Shown: positions 17,512-26,917, numbered from the stretch's first letter. The stretch is DNA of 64,000 nt from a virus (IMGVR_UViG_3300048549_001527); one strand, 5' to 3'. Made by a program: numbers and translations. The notes: a model not told the origin generated them from the sequence alone.

Positions 17512-18070
17512 AAAATATATTGCAATTTCTAACGTGATTAATGTTTCTTTTATTGCATGCTTTCTTTTGTATATCAGAACTTATCTTGTCTCTGCGGTAT
17601 CCACGCCTTTCCCACTCATCAATCCATTCTCTTTCGTGCCTTTCAGCAATATGACCATTGCCGCCTTGCCCAGGCCTTGCGGCTGAAAACAAAACGACGC
17701 GTGGATTTTTAGAAACAAGATAGTCAAATATTTCAGCATGGAATTTTTTGTCAATATGTTCCATAACTTCAATAGACACAATTGCGTCATAAGTTGGTAA
17801 TATTGGTGATGGTTCAGGATCTTTAGTTATATCCCAAACAATATTTTCACAACCTTCATTTTGAAACATATTAGGATCCATCGGGGCAGGTTCTACGCCA
17901 TGAACGATTGGAATATCGGAATTGGACATGTAATTACAATAATGCCCAATTCCGCAACCAAACTCAAAAACCGAAGTTGGTTTAAATTTATCTACAAAGG
18001 ACCTTATCATGCCATCGTCAAAGTTATTAGGATACCATTTTTTATGGTCTTCAAAAGTCCAGTGTGCCAT
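17495..18070 (-). CDS. Class I SAM-dependent methyltransferase
   Basis: FEFGCGIG, GVEP, SIEVMEHI, FSAARPGQGG.GHI. Confidence 0.8.
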   Translation of the reverse strand: MAHWTFEDHKKWYPNNFDDGMIRSFVDKFKPTSVFEFGCGIGHYCNYMSNSDIPIVHGVEPAPMDPNMFQNEGCENIVWDITKDPEPSPILPTYDAIVSIEVMEHIDKKFHAEIFDYLVSKNPRVVLFSAARPGQGGNGHIAERHEREWIDEWERRGYRRDKISSDIQKKACNKRNINHVRNCNIFFRNDD

Positions 18071-18073
18071 GGT

Positions 18074-18232
18074 TTATTCTTTACGCCAGATTGTCCATGC
18101 TCCCCAAGCAATTGCTGCATAAGCAATCATTTGAGTTAGCGGGCTGAATACAATAATGGCAGCACCAGCGGCAACCATTAAAATTCCGTCCATACTTGAA
18201 CGCTCTGTAAGTTTTGATTTTAACCAATTCAT
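18074..18232 (-). CDS. 52-aa membrane protein (holin-like size)
   Basis: Read manually: MNWLKSKLTERSSMDGILMVAAGAAIIVFSPLTQMIAYAAIAWGAWTIWRKE; ATGA overlap. Confidence 0.7.
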   Translation of the reverse strand: MNWLKSKLTERSSMDGILMVAAGAAIIVFSPLTQMIAYAAIAWGAWTIWRKE

Positions 18233-18543
18233 TTTTTGGTCTCCTTCTGTTTTATTACTTTTGCTTTAGATCCAGCTTCTAGCGTTCGCAGCCGCAATTC
18301 TAAATCATCAATTTTCTTTGTGACTTTAGGATAGCGTTTACGCCAAGCTTCAGGATCGTCTTGTAGCCAATCCCAACCAAAGCGGTCTACTAAATAATCT
18401 AAAAATGCATCAAACTTCGACATCAGATAAAGTGCTGCGTGTGTATTTCTGAACCATGCCAAAAATGCTGCGCCAATTACTGATCCGCCGATAGCTGTAT
18501 ATATCCACAGCGTATCGCCAAACATTCTAGTTAACATTTCCAT
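18229..18543 (-). CDS. Hypothetical membrane protein
   Basis: One TM helix, basic C-terminus, in operon. Confidence 0.7.
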   Translation of the reverse strand: MEMLTRMFGDTLWIYTAIGGSVIGAAFLAWFRNTHAALYLMSKFDAFLDYLVDRFGWDWLQDDPEAWRKRYPKVTKKIDDLELRLRTLEAGSKAKVIKQKETKK

Positions 18544-18735
18544 TTATTTATCCTTATGATTATGAGTTCCGTTTCCGTGCGTATGACCATGACCAACATA
18601 TGACCATATAGCCCATCCACCTAAACCAACCGGTACAGCATGTAATAATAAATGCAAGATAAAAAGTATTGTACTTATAGCATAAGTTATATGTGCTGCT
18701 TTACTGTGAAAAAAATTGTCGAATAATTTAGCCAC
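18544..18735 (-). CDS. Hypothetical membrane protein with His-rich tail
   Basis: TM segment then HGHTHGNGTHNH. Confidence 0.6.
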   Translation of the reverse strand: MAKLFDNFFHSKAAHITYAISTILFILHLLLHAVPVGLGGWAIWSYVGHGHTHGNGTHNHKDK

Positions 18736-18976
18736 CGAAAGTACTCATTATCATTGGACCAAAGGCTGTTGCAACAAAACCTAGTATTGCAATAGCTATA
18801 AGACCAAGGATAAGCCACTTTGCTTTGAAATCGTCGACTCGCATTGCAAATCCAATAACTTCGTTGTTCATTATTCTAAAACTTAAATCAAAAGTTCCTT
18901 CTGGTGTATCTTCATCTTTTAATGGTACAGGTTTTTGTAATATTTTTGGTACTTCAATTTCATCAGACATTTTCAT
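18728..18976 (-). CDS. Hypothetical membrane protein
   Basis: C-terminal TM helix, coupled ORF. Confidence 0.65.
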   Translation of the reverse strand: MKMSDEIEVPKILQKPVPLKDEDTPEGTFDLSFRIMNNEVIGFAMRVDDFKAKWLILGLIAIAILGFVATAFGPMIMSTFGG

Positions 18977-19700
18977 TTTCTTTCGTGTATTTACAATAAT
19001 GGTTCATACCGTGATCGTATGCCCCGTCGAATGGCATTCCTTTTTTAAATGCACGTAATCTTCCACGCCATTTATCTTTTGTTCTTTGCCATCTACTCAT
19101 TTTTCTAATATTACCGAAGTAGTTGATGTACCGCGGTTGCGAATGGTGTCTATATCCCATTGCAGCAAAAGGAACACAAGTGACCAAGTCGTTATTGTTA
19201 ACATGGCGGAAATGAGGTATATGAGCAAACGATTTAACAAATTTTCTAGTCCCTACTCTTGGCGACCCATATGTATATAAAGCTGTAACTTTATCGCCGA
19301 GTCGGCTTGTTGCAATTGTTGCCATTGCAGCTCCTAAAGAATGGCCGCAAATAAACAAATGTTTTCCATCTGTTTTCATTTTAGATAAAGCCTTTTCAAT
19401 GTCAGGCCATACTTTGTTTACTTCTTCTTGAAACCCGTTATGTACTAATCCGTGTCCATTGTTTGGTTTATCTGGAAAGGCGTTTAAATCTGCCTTAATA
19501 TCAGAAAACTCTTTTGGTTCGGTACCGCGAAATGCAATTGTTATTTCTTCTTTGTTTGAAATGATGTGGCATTGTGCACCGTTTACTTCAACAAACTTGT
19601 GGGCTACATAACCTAATTTTTTATATTTAGGTTTTGCCTCAGGTCCGTCTAAGTATGCAAGCTCAGCTACTTCTGCCATCTTTGCACAATTTTCTAACAT
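18963..19700 (-). CDS. Class 3 lipase (alpha/beta hydrolase)
   Basis: AFRGTE, VHNGF, GHSLG nucleophile elbow, YTYGSPRVG, NNNDLV, DH. Confidence 0.9.
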   Translation of the reverse strand: MLENCAKMAEVAELAYLDGPEAKPKYKKLGYVAHKFVEVNGAQCHIISNKEEITIAFRGTEPKEFSDIKADLNAFPDKPNNGHGLVHNGFQEEVNKVWPDIEKALSKMKTDGKHLFICGHSLGAAMATIATSRLGDKVTALYTYGSPRVGTRKFVKSFAHIPHFRHVNNNDLVTCVPFAAMGYRHHSQPRYINYFGNIRKMSRWQRTKDKWRGRLRAFKKGMPFDGAYDHGMNHYCKYTKENENV

Positions 19701-19702
19701 TG

Positions 19703-20044
19703 TTACTCCCCTGCTGCTAACATTTTTTCTAATATATCATCTTGTCTCATTTCCATGATATCTATTTGTATTTGTTGCATGTCGTGAAACGTTTCATGCC
19801 TTGCATATTTTGAAGCGATTGCTCCTGATAATTCAAGATGATTCATCTCAGTTTGCTTTTTTAATTCTTTAACTTGAATTTCTAATTTTTCCGTATTAAT
19901 TATAAGATTATTAATTTGTTCTTGCTGCTTTATACTTTCTGCAGTATTTTGTTCTTGAAAATAACCTAATGTCGCTACTTCGTTTTCCAAGTTGTTAATA
20001 GTGTTTCCCATAGCAAAAAACGTTATGAATGCTAAAATTTCCAT
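19703..20044 (-). CDS. Hypothetical coiled-coil protein
   Basis: 113 aa, hydrophobic N-terminus. Confidence 0.65.
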   Translation of the reverse strand: MEILAFITFFAMGNTINNLENEVATLGYFQEQNTAESIKQQEQINNLIINTEKLEIQVKELKKQTEMNHLELSGAIASKYARHETFHDMQQIQIDIMEMRQDDILEKMLAAGE

Positions 20045-20257
20045 TTACTTACCTTTGCTTAACAGTTTTGCTTTAATGGCTTCGCTTGGACTGACCGGAA
20101 CATCGGCCGGTCGCCGTGGCGATTCTTCCACTTTTCCATCTTTTCGTGTAGTACTGCGTCGTGGCGAATTACCAGAAATTTGAGCTCTGAGTTCTGCAAT
20201 TCTTCTTCTGATATCTCGAATTTGTTTTCTAGTACTTTCATAATAGTCATTAGTCAT
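20045..20257 (-). CDS. Hypothetical basic protein
   Basis: 70 aa ORF in operon. Confidence 0.55.
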   Translation of the reverse strand: MTNDYYESTRKQIRDIRRRIAELRAQISGNSPRRSTTRKDGKVEESPRRPADVPVSPSEAIKAKLLSKGK

Positions 20258-20369
20258 TTTTCTTGCAGCTGCATTTTATGCATACGTCATTTTGGCAATC
20301 TTTACAGTCAGGTCTATAACAATGGCAATCATGGCCGCACGACGTACATGTTCTTTTTGATTCTTGCAT
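20250..20369 (-). CDS. 39-aa Cys-rich metallothionein-like peptide
   Basis: Read manually: MQESKRTCTSCGHDCHCYRPDCKDCQNDVCIKCSCKKND (9 Cys, 2 His); AGGAG 6 nt upstream. Confidence 0.7.
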   Translation of the reverse strand: MQESKRTCTSCGHDCHCYRPDCKDCQNDVCIKCSCKKND

Positions 20370-20378
20370 GTGTATCTC

Positions 20379-21074
20379 CTATTCTGATAACGGATTATCT
20401 AATGCTTCTTGTATTGTTTCTTTGAGGTCCTTTTCTAATAATCTCATTTCACTATCAATATTAGTTTGTGTATCACGCATAGTATTACGTACGTCTTTTT
20501 CAGACGCTCTTATCGTCGCTTCAACTTCACGGATAGACGAAGTTACGTCTTTTTGAAGTTCGTTCATTTCAGTACGAATACCTTCAAGAGTACCACCAAT
20601 ACTATTTTGTGTATTCTTAATTCTTGCTTCTGAATTGTCAAGGTTAGTTGAAATTGTATCTCTTAAGTTTGCCATTGTATCTTGGTTATCTTTAAGAGTT
20701 ATTCTTAGCCTTTCTTCGAAGGCATCAAGTTTTGCGTATATATCTTTACGCAAATCTCTTACGGTGGTTTCAGCCGCAATAACCTGATCTTCTAATACTC
20801 CTATTAAATTTTCAGAACGGGCAATGTCACCTTTTAAATCGTCTTTAATATCTTGTGTATATCCTATAGCGTCTTCAAGCTTTTGTAGTTGCAATGCATT
20901 TGCTGCGGCGATTTCGTCAATGTCAATGTTTTGAACAATTTCTTTCATGTCCATATAGTCCGCATAAAATTCAAAACCGGCCCATGCGCCACCACCTAAA
21001 GTAGATAGTGCGGTTAAGACAGCAAACATTTTACCACCTTTAAACGTGGTTCCGGCAAATTCAAATTCAGCCAT
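20379..21074 (-). CDS. Membrane-anchored long coiled-coil protein
   Basis: N-terminal TM (FAVLTALSTLGGGAWAGF) followed by heptad-rich region. Confidence 0.75.
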   Translation of the reverse strand: MAEFEFAGTTFKGGKMFAVLTALSTLGGGAWAGFEFYADYMDMKEIVQNIDIDEIAAANALQLQKLEDAIGYTQDIKDDLKGDIARSENLIGVLEDQVIAAETTVRDLRKDIYAKLDAFEERLRITLKDNQDTMANLRDTISTNLDNSEARIKNTQNSIGGTLEGIRTEMNELQKDVTSSIREVEATIRASEKDVRNTMRDTQTNIDSEMRLLEKDLKETIQEALDNPLSE

Positions 21075-21077
21075 ATA

Positions 21078-21488
21078 TTACTCCTCGAAAGATAATTCTT
21101 TCAACTGCTGAAGCTCTCTTCTTAAACGTTCTAATTCCAGCGATTTTAACTGTAATTCCATTTCATATAATCTATTACAATCAATTCTTTCTTTAGGTCT
21201 TGCGCCGAGTGGTATAACAATCCTTGCATATACACCAACGTTATCAACTCTCCTATCATTAACATATCGATTCACATCATCATAATAACCGCCGTCAATA
21301 AGACCAGTTACACCGAGCTCAAGTTGTGTAGCCGATCCGATGGCATTAGAACAATCTAAATCACCAGCCCTAAATTTATCGGATTGGTAATTACCTGGTG
21401 CACTCGGTAATGCCAAACTTACCGAACCAGAGTCTGCGTTTACTGTTGTCGTAAACAACATTAAACACAATGAAATAATATAACGCAT
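21078..21488 (-). CDS. Secreted hypothetical protein
   Basis: Signal peptide (..TTTVNA/DS), two Cys, C-terminal coiled coil. Confidence 0.75.
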   Translation of the reverse strand: MRYIISLCLMLFTTTVNADSGSVSLALPSAPGNYQSDKFRAGDLDCSNAIGSATQLELGVTGLIDGGYYDDVNRYVNDRRVDNVGVYARIVIPLGARPKERIDCNRLYEMELQLKSLELERLRRELQQLKELSFEE

Positions 21489-21495
21489 AATGTTC

Positions 21496-21870
21496 TCACT
21501 TTAATTTGGAGCATATCCTTGATTTTACTCCGGTTGATAGTACATCATCCCTCAAAAGTTTAGAGGTAGTACATATATATACAGCCTTAGCTTTGTGTTC
21601 ACTTTTGATATAAACCTCAAATTGTTTCTTTTCTAAATAACCAAGCTTTATAACTTTATCTTGTGAAGCAAACGGAAGTGCCTCCCAATATTTATCAAAG
21701 ACTTCTATTTCGTAATACTCTACATCTGTTCTTCTATTCCATATATCCATAGTTGTCACCAACACACCATCTACGTACGCAGGTCGTAACTCAGGGTATG
21801 TTGGCGTCAATTCGTGTGATGTAACCGCAGTACTTATTAACACAAAAATCAAACTCACTAGGTATTTCAT
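21496..21870 (-). CDS. Secreted beta-rich protein, possibly chaperone-like
   Basis: Signal peptide (..TAVTS/HE), alternating beta pattern, two Cys. Confidence 0.7.
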   Translation of the reverse strand: MKYLVSLIFVLISTAVTSHELTPTYPELRPAYVDGVLVTTMDIWNRRTDVEYYEIEVFDKYWEALPFASQDKVIKLGYLEKKQFEVYIKSEHKAKAVYICTTSKLLRDDVLSTGVKSRICSKLK

Positions 21871-21909
21871 TTTTAATCCTTCACTTTACTCTTTACGCAA
21901 ATTAACACC

Positions 21910-22413
21910 TTAGTCTGCGATACACTCTGCAACAACATTAGCTTTATATTCACCACCTGGTAGTGATTTGCCTACGCCATACTTTGCTTCTGATTCAACT
22001 TGAAACCAAGTAGACCCAGCTACACTAAGATCGTATTCAGTGTGATTATCGTATTCAATTTTAGCTGCTTCATATCCTGACATATTAGTATCTGATGTAT
22101 TAGATACTGTAACTTCGCCATCCCACGTTACTGAGTCACTAAGACTCGGTGCGGAAGTAAACGATGTTGGCCAGGAAATTTTAGCGGTATAGTAGTCTGC
22201 AATAGCAACGTCATAGCGTACAACTGGATAAACACCGCCGTCCGCTGGGATTGTGCTCAATTCGTCTGGTGTAGGGTTACCATAAACCCCAGCTGTGTCT
22301 GTAAAAATTGAGCATTTTGACGCAACGTTACCGGTGATTGGAGTTTCTGCTGCGCCTACAGATCCGCCTAGCATAATAGCTGCTACGCTACTAAATATTA
22401 GATGTTTGAACAT
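21910..22413 (-). CDS. Secreted pilin-like (chaperone-usher subunit-like) protein
   Basis: Start reassigned to 22413 (AAGGAG RBS); signal peptide, ITGNVASKC N-terminus, PGGEYKANVVAEC C-terminus. Confidence 0.55.
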   Translation of the reverse strand: MFKHLIFSSVAAIMLGGSVGAAETPITGNVASKCSIFTDTAGVYGNPTPDELSTIPADGGVYPVVRYDVAIADYYTAKISWPTSFTSAPSLSDSVTWDGEVTVSNTSDTNMSGYEAAKIEYDNHTEYDLSVAGSTWFQVESEAKYGVGKSLPGGEYKANVVAECIAD

Positions 22414-22423
22414 ATATTTCTCC

Positions 22424-23323
22424 TTATCGTTCATATTGAGAGCGTACCATAGATTTATGATTAGCATCAGATGCCAAGTTTCTCATCGCTCTTCGGTTGT
22501 CTGGATAACTAGATGAAGGCAATACTAAAGTATCTTCGTATATACCTCCAGGAATAGTTATTTCATAATATGGTACAATCTTTGGATTTAACGATAAATC
22601 AGCTAAGATTTTTTGTTGCGCGGTACTATCGACTAATTTGTCAATATTATTATTACCGCCAAGCTGTTCTTCCAAATCATCCTCTACTTCATTATTGGTT
22701 GTTTGTTCTATTTCTTCTTCGTCTTCTACATTTGCTTCACGGTTCAATTCAGCCTGAACCCATTCATCATAATAAGGATCTCCAATTGACGGTGGAACGG
22801 CAAGTGAAGCTAAATATTCTTGTAATGCTGTCGAATATCCAGGACAACTTGGATCTGATAATGGTGAAAGACATTTATAACTATCATCTACCACCATCTT
22901 ATAATTATAAACCACAAATGGATCCGTAACCGTACCTTCTCCTTCAACACTTATTTCTCCATCTCCCCACCTAGAAGAATCTGTATATCCAAATCTAAAA
23001 AATTTTCTTACAGACCCACCTGGGTTACCACTCCAATCATCTGTTTCTTCAAAAATATTTTGCCCAGGATTTGCAAGGTCTTCGTTTGAAATTGTAACCT
23101 TTGCGTCTGCCTCAGGATCTTTTACCATTGTATATTGATAAGCTAAACCATTTACTTCTACTGTAATATAAGGTGAAGCTGAATCAGGTAATACATTTTT
23201 CATTGCCCACGCTAAAGCATCCGCTGCGGCGTTATTTGTTGAATGATACGTTGTATCAGAGTAACAATAAGAGGAGGAGGCCGCCAACAATGCCACCGCC
23301 GAACAAAGTAGACTTAGTCTCAT
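22424..23323 (-). CDS. Secreted acidic hypothetical protein
   Basis: Signal peptide, C..PLSDPSCPGY motif, acidic tract. Confidence 0.75.
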   Translation of the reverse strand: MRLSLLCSAVALLAASSSYCYSDTTYHSTNNAAADALAWAMKNVLPDSASPYITVEVNGLAYQYTMVKDPEADAKVTISNEDLANPGQNIFEETDDWSGNPGGSVRKFFRFGYTDSSRWGDGEISVEGEGTVTDPFVVYNYKMVVDDSYKCLSPLSDPSCPGYSTALQEYLASLAVPPSIGDPYYDEWVQAELNREANVEDEEEIEQTTNNEVEDDLEEQLGGNNNIDKLVDSTAQQKILADLSLNPKIVPYYEITIPGGIYEDTLVLPSSSYPDNRRAMRNLASDANHKSMVRSQYER

Positions 23324-23828
23324 CGTTCATATCCTTTATTATATTACTTTGCGGATCTTCAGGTTGTTCATCGCGATTTGCTATCCATGCTGCTTTAGCT
23401 GCGTCCCCAATCATACCATCATAAGGGCAAGGTGTTCCTGCATCCATCATAGCGTTAAATACGCGAGGATCTTGGCACATCACTGAAACCGCAGCAACTT
23501 TCATTCCCATATCATATAATGTTTTAGCGTTCTTTAACTTTTCACAATTCATATCACGAACCATCTTGGCACCTGATATACCCAATATTTGTGTTTGGAC
23601 TGCGCCGGAAACTCCAACTGTACATAAGTCTGAGTTAGCTGAATTAATCGAAGGGGCGATCGCCGACGGCGGTGGAGAATTAACTGTAGTCTCCGATGTA
23701 CTATTACTATTGATAGTACTTTCTGTTGTACTTTCTGTAACTATTGGCTCTGCCTCCACTGCGGTTGTTCCAATGAAAGGTATAAATAATAAAAACAGAA
23801 AGAGTAAATGTTTAGTCATAATGTTCAT
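23256..23828 (-). CDS. Secreted, C-terminally anchored hypothetical protein
   Basis: Signal peptide, Ser/Thr-rich linker, four Cys, terminal GGLLLLLLL. Confidence 0.75.
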   Translation of the reverse strand: MNIMTKHLLFLFLLFIPFIGTTAVEAEPIVTESTTESTINSNSTSETTVNSPPPSAIAPSINSANSDLCTVGVSGAVQTQILGISGAKMVRDMNCEKLKNAKTLYDMGMKVAAVSVMCQDPRVFNAMMDAGTPCPYDGMIGDAAKAAWIANRDEQPEDPQSNIIKDMNDETKSTLFGGGIVGGLLLLLLL

Positions 23829-23871
23829 CCCATATTAGTAATGATAAAAGCATACTTTACTCTATTATATA

Positions 23872-23879
23872 TATTTATA
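23872..23879 (-). promoter_or_regulatory. T4 late promoter for the 23828-17495 operon
   Basis: TATAAATA on minus strand about 45 nt upstream of first ORF. Confidence 0.75.
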
Positions 23880-23933
23880 AGTTTTTTAAGAGTGTCAAAG
23901 TTTTGACACATAATATAATTTGACAGTTGCAAA

Positions 23934-25262
23934 ATGAAAACAATCGTTAACAAAATAAAAATTTGGACGTGGGATATAGCTGTTTGCCCGGTGCACAAGA
24001 CGGCAATGTGGTATGGACCAGAGTCTCAAAAATTTGGCGAATCTTTGGATCAAGTTAAAACAATTTGGTATGATAAAAAAATACGAGAACAGTTTTTTAA
24101 ATATTTTGCAGACGAACAAGACGAAGAATGTTATGGAGAATTTAGACCTTCATACAAAATAATAAATCAAGATGTAGTCAACGATAACGATATAAATCTT
24201 ATAATTTTACCAGGTGATGATACTCGTACTTTAGCTGAAATTCCTGGGTTATTATTAAAAAATCAAGACTTAATAAACTTTGCAAATAACAATAATGTTA
24301 CGATAGTTATAGCATGGATATTCGAGCATATATCGTTAAATCCTGATTACTATATAGGTAATCCTGATTTTAAAAATTTCTTTTTAGAATTTGATAAATT
24401 GTGTGAACAGTTACCACCAAGCAAATTTCAATGGCTGTTAAATTCATACGATACAAACCACAAACATCTTGATATTGGAACACACCTTGAAAAATATAAA
24501 CCATATGTAACACACATTGATTGTTTTGATAAGATTTCTCATTTTCCATATATTCAGTGGGATCCGTATGCAAATCATGAATACAAGTTATCAGTGCCAG
24601 TTGGAATGATAGACGGAAGGTGGCTACGTTTAGACTTAATTGCTGAATTGATTGAAAGAAACATATTATGGCAAGATGACGTAATACATACGCAAAACGT
24701 ACCAAACCCAGAAGCATCTATTAAAAAATATTTAGAAAATCCAGACCCAGTATTAAAACAATCTGTACACGATACTGTAAACCGCGTAGGTCCTGAAAAT
24801 GTTTTTAAACACCGTATTTTAAATGATAATGGCGAAGATATTAAAACGAGTTGGATGAAAGTTGCAACAGGACAATTTTGGTATAGGACTCCACCGCAAT
24901 TTATAGATTCGCAATTTCAAGTTGTAATTGAATCAAGAACTCATATACCATCAATTACTGAAAAAATTTATAGGCCATTAATGCTAGGGCAACCTTTTCT
25001 GTGGATTGGTGCGTCAGGTATAAAAACATATTTGGAAAGTAAAGGATATAAGTTTTATCCATGGATTGACTATTCGTTTGACGCGGAGCATAACCAATTA
25101 TATCGCTTTAACATGGTAATGGATGAAGTAGAAAGATTGTATCATACTGATTTGTCGCAGTATTTAATTGACAGCGATGAGATAAATATACATAATATAA
25201 AGGCATTTAGATATAATGAAAATGATATATCTGATATGGAAAGGTTTTTAAATGATTTATAA
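23934..25262 (+). CDS. Hypothetical protein, glycosyltransferase-like C-terminus
   Basis: VVIES...ITEKIYRPLMLGQPFLWIG...YSFD pattern. Confidence 0.6.
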   Translation: MKTIVNKIKIWTWDIAVCPVHKTAMWYGPESQKFGESLDQVKTIWYDKKIREQFFKYFADEQDEECYGEFRPSYKIINQDVVNDNDINLIILPGDDTRTLAEIPGLLLKNQDLINFANNNNVTIVIAWIFEHISLNPDYYIGNPDFKNFFLEFDKLCEQLPPSKFQWLLNSYDTNHKHLDIGTHLEKYKPYVTHIDCFDKISHFPYIQWDPYANHEYKLSVPVGMIDGRWLRLDLIAELIERNILWQDDVIHTQNVPNPEASIKKYLENPDPVLKQSVHDTVNRVGPENVFKHRILNDNGEDIKTSWMKVATGQFWYRTPPQFIDSQFQVVIESRTHIPSITEKIYRPLMLGQPFLWIGASGIKTYLESKGYKFYPWIDYSFDAEHNQLYRFNMVMDEVERLYHTDLSQYLIDSDEINIHNIKAFRYNENDISDMERFLNDL

Positions 25263-25797
25263 AATAAAACTAAGACATGATTTTTCAACCTTTTTGAATG
25301 CTGATTACGAAAAACACAAAGGTAGTTGTATAAGTTACCAAGTTCGCGAACAAGAAGATATTCATAAAACATTTGGTGGATTTCCGGAAAGTTACTCCAA
25401 AGAAAACACAAAGATCCAACAACTATGGTTTGATCCTATTGATGTAGACTTTGAAGAGCTTGGCAATAAATTAAAGATTGAGCCAGTTACAATAAGTACG
25501 ATATTGCAACCGCCTGGGAATACTATTACAATGCATAGGGACACGTTTTTTAAAATAAATAAATTGTTTCCTGATGATAAACGTAAAAAGGTAAGAGCTA
25601 ATATTTACTTAGAAGATTGGGCTCCCGGCCATTTTATAAATTATCAAGATCATTACAAAAAATGGCAAACAAGTACTCATTGGAAAGCTGGTGATGGGTT
25701 TGTTTGGGATAGTGATCATTTACACCTTAGCGCAAATGCTGGCTTAACGCCAAAATATACTTTACAGATTAGTGGATTTTATAATGGAAGGGAATAA
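25252..25797 (+). CDS. HxD..H non-heme Fe oxygenase (cupin)
   Basis: ITMHRD, HLHLSANAG, YTLQISG. Confidence 0.7.
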   Translation: MIYKIKLRHDFSTFLNADYEKHKGSCISYQVREQEDIHKTFGGFPESYSKENTKIQQLWFDPIDVDFEELGNKLKIEPVTISTILQPPGNTITMHRDTFFKINKLFPDDKRKKVRANIYLEDWAPGHFINYQDHYKKWQTSTHWKAGDGFVWDSDHLHLSANAGLTPKYTLQISGFYNGRE

Positions 25798-25799
25798 CT

Positions 25800-26063
25800 A
25801 TGAGCAAACCAATTAATGAATTAGAAGGTTGGGTATTTGAATATTTAAAAAATGAAACAGGTGAAGATTTAACAAGAGAACACTTGATTAGTAATTATAT
25901 TGATTCTTTAGACGTAATGAATATTGTTATGGAAGCCGAAGACGTATTTTATCCAGGAAAAGAAATTCCTGATAACGTAGTTAGAGAATGGATACAAAAC
26001 ATGGGTACCATTGGTGAATTCATCGATAATGTACATTCTTATGCAGTAAGACTTCAAACTTAA
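25800..26063 (+). CDS. Acyl/peptidyl carrier protein-like
   Basis: 87 aa, acidic, IDSLDVMNIVMEAEDVF phosphopantetheine motif, TIGEFID C-terminal helix. Confidence 0.75.
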   Translation: MSKPINELEGWVFEYLKNETGEDLTREHLISNYIDSLDVMNIVMEAEDVFYPGKEIPDNVVREWIQNMGTIGEFIDNVHSYAVRLQT

Positions 26064-26121
26064 AATAAATATATGGCGATAATCGCATTCCGATAACAAT
26101 TATAATAAATGAGGAAATAAA

Positions 26122-26604
26122 ATGAGCCATCAAAACGAATATGACGTGACTGTCGTTAAAGTAGTCGACGGTGATACTGTAGATGTAGATATTGATCTAG
26201 GTTTTGGTATTTGCCTAAAAGATGAAAGGGTACGCATCATGGGTATTGATACACCTGAGTCAAGAACGTCAGACCGTGTAGAAAAACTATTCGGTAAAGC
26301 ATCAAGTAAAAGACTCGGCGAGCTTTTAGAAAAAGACGCAAAACTTATCACAACTGAAAACAAACATGGCGAGGATATGAAAGGCAAATTTGGTCGTATC
26401 CTTGGTGATTTCAGAGCAGCCGATGGGCGTTTAATAACAGAAATCATGGCTGAAGAAGGACACTGCGTTCCGTATTTTGGTGGATCAAAAGAAGACACTC
26501 AAGCAGCTCATATGGCCAATCGTGAACGTTTACTCGCTGAAGGATTAGTTAATCGTGAAGATTACGATAAGATGGTTATTGCAGAAGCCAACGAAAAAAA
26601 ATAA
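26122..26604 (+). CDS. Thermonuclease (SNase-like)
   Basis: VVKVVDGDT, RVRIMGIDTPE, GKFGRILG. Confidence 0.88.
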   Translation: MSHQNEYDVTVVKVVDGDTVDVDIDLGFGICLKDERVRIMGIDTPESRTSDRVEKLFGKASSKRLGELLEKDAKLITTENKHGEDMKGKFGRILGDFRAADGRLITEIMAEEGHCVPYFGGSKEDTQAAHMANRERLLAEGLVNREDYDKMVIAEANEKK

Positions 26605-26626
26605 TTCGTTTTCACTAAAAAAGTTG

Positions 26627-26655
26627 TTGACATTTGGTTTAGAATCAGTTATATT
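26627..26655 (+). promoter_or_regulatory. Early promoter, GAATCAG family
   Basis: TTGACA-N9-GAATCAG-t-TATATT. Confidence 0.85.
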
Positions 26656-26686
26656 GTTTATATAAGGTAAACAAAGGAACAACCAA

Positions 26687-26917
26687 ATGTCAACAATTAC
26701 ACATCTTCCAAACGGTTCAATGATTAAAGCTGATGTTGTCGAGAGCTTTCAAAAAGCAATCCGCAACGATTTTAACTTGCGCCCTGGTTTTGGTTCAACA
26801 GATTTTTGGAATTTTGTTGAGTCTGATATGTATATGGATCTTGCTGGAATTTACGCTTCAACATACATCGACGAATGCTTTGAAGCATTGGCTGATCTTG
26901 AAATGGAGACAGTATAA
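26687..26917 (+). CDS. Hypothetical early protein
   Basis: 76 aa, RBS, after promoter. Confidence 0.7.
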   Translation: MSTITHLPNGSMIKADVVESFQKAIRNDFNLRPGFGSTDFWNFVESDMYMDLAGIYASTYIDECFEALADLEMETV

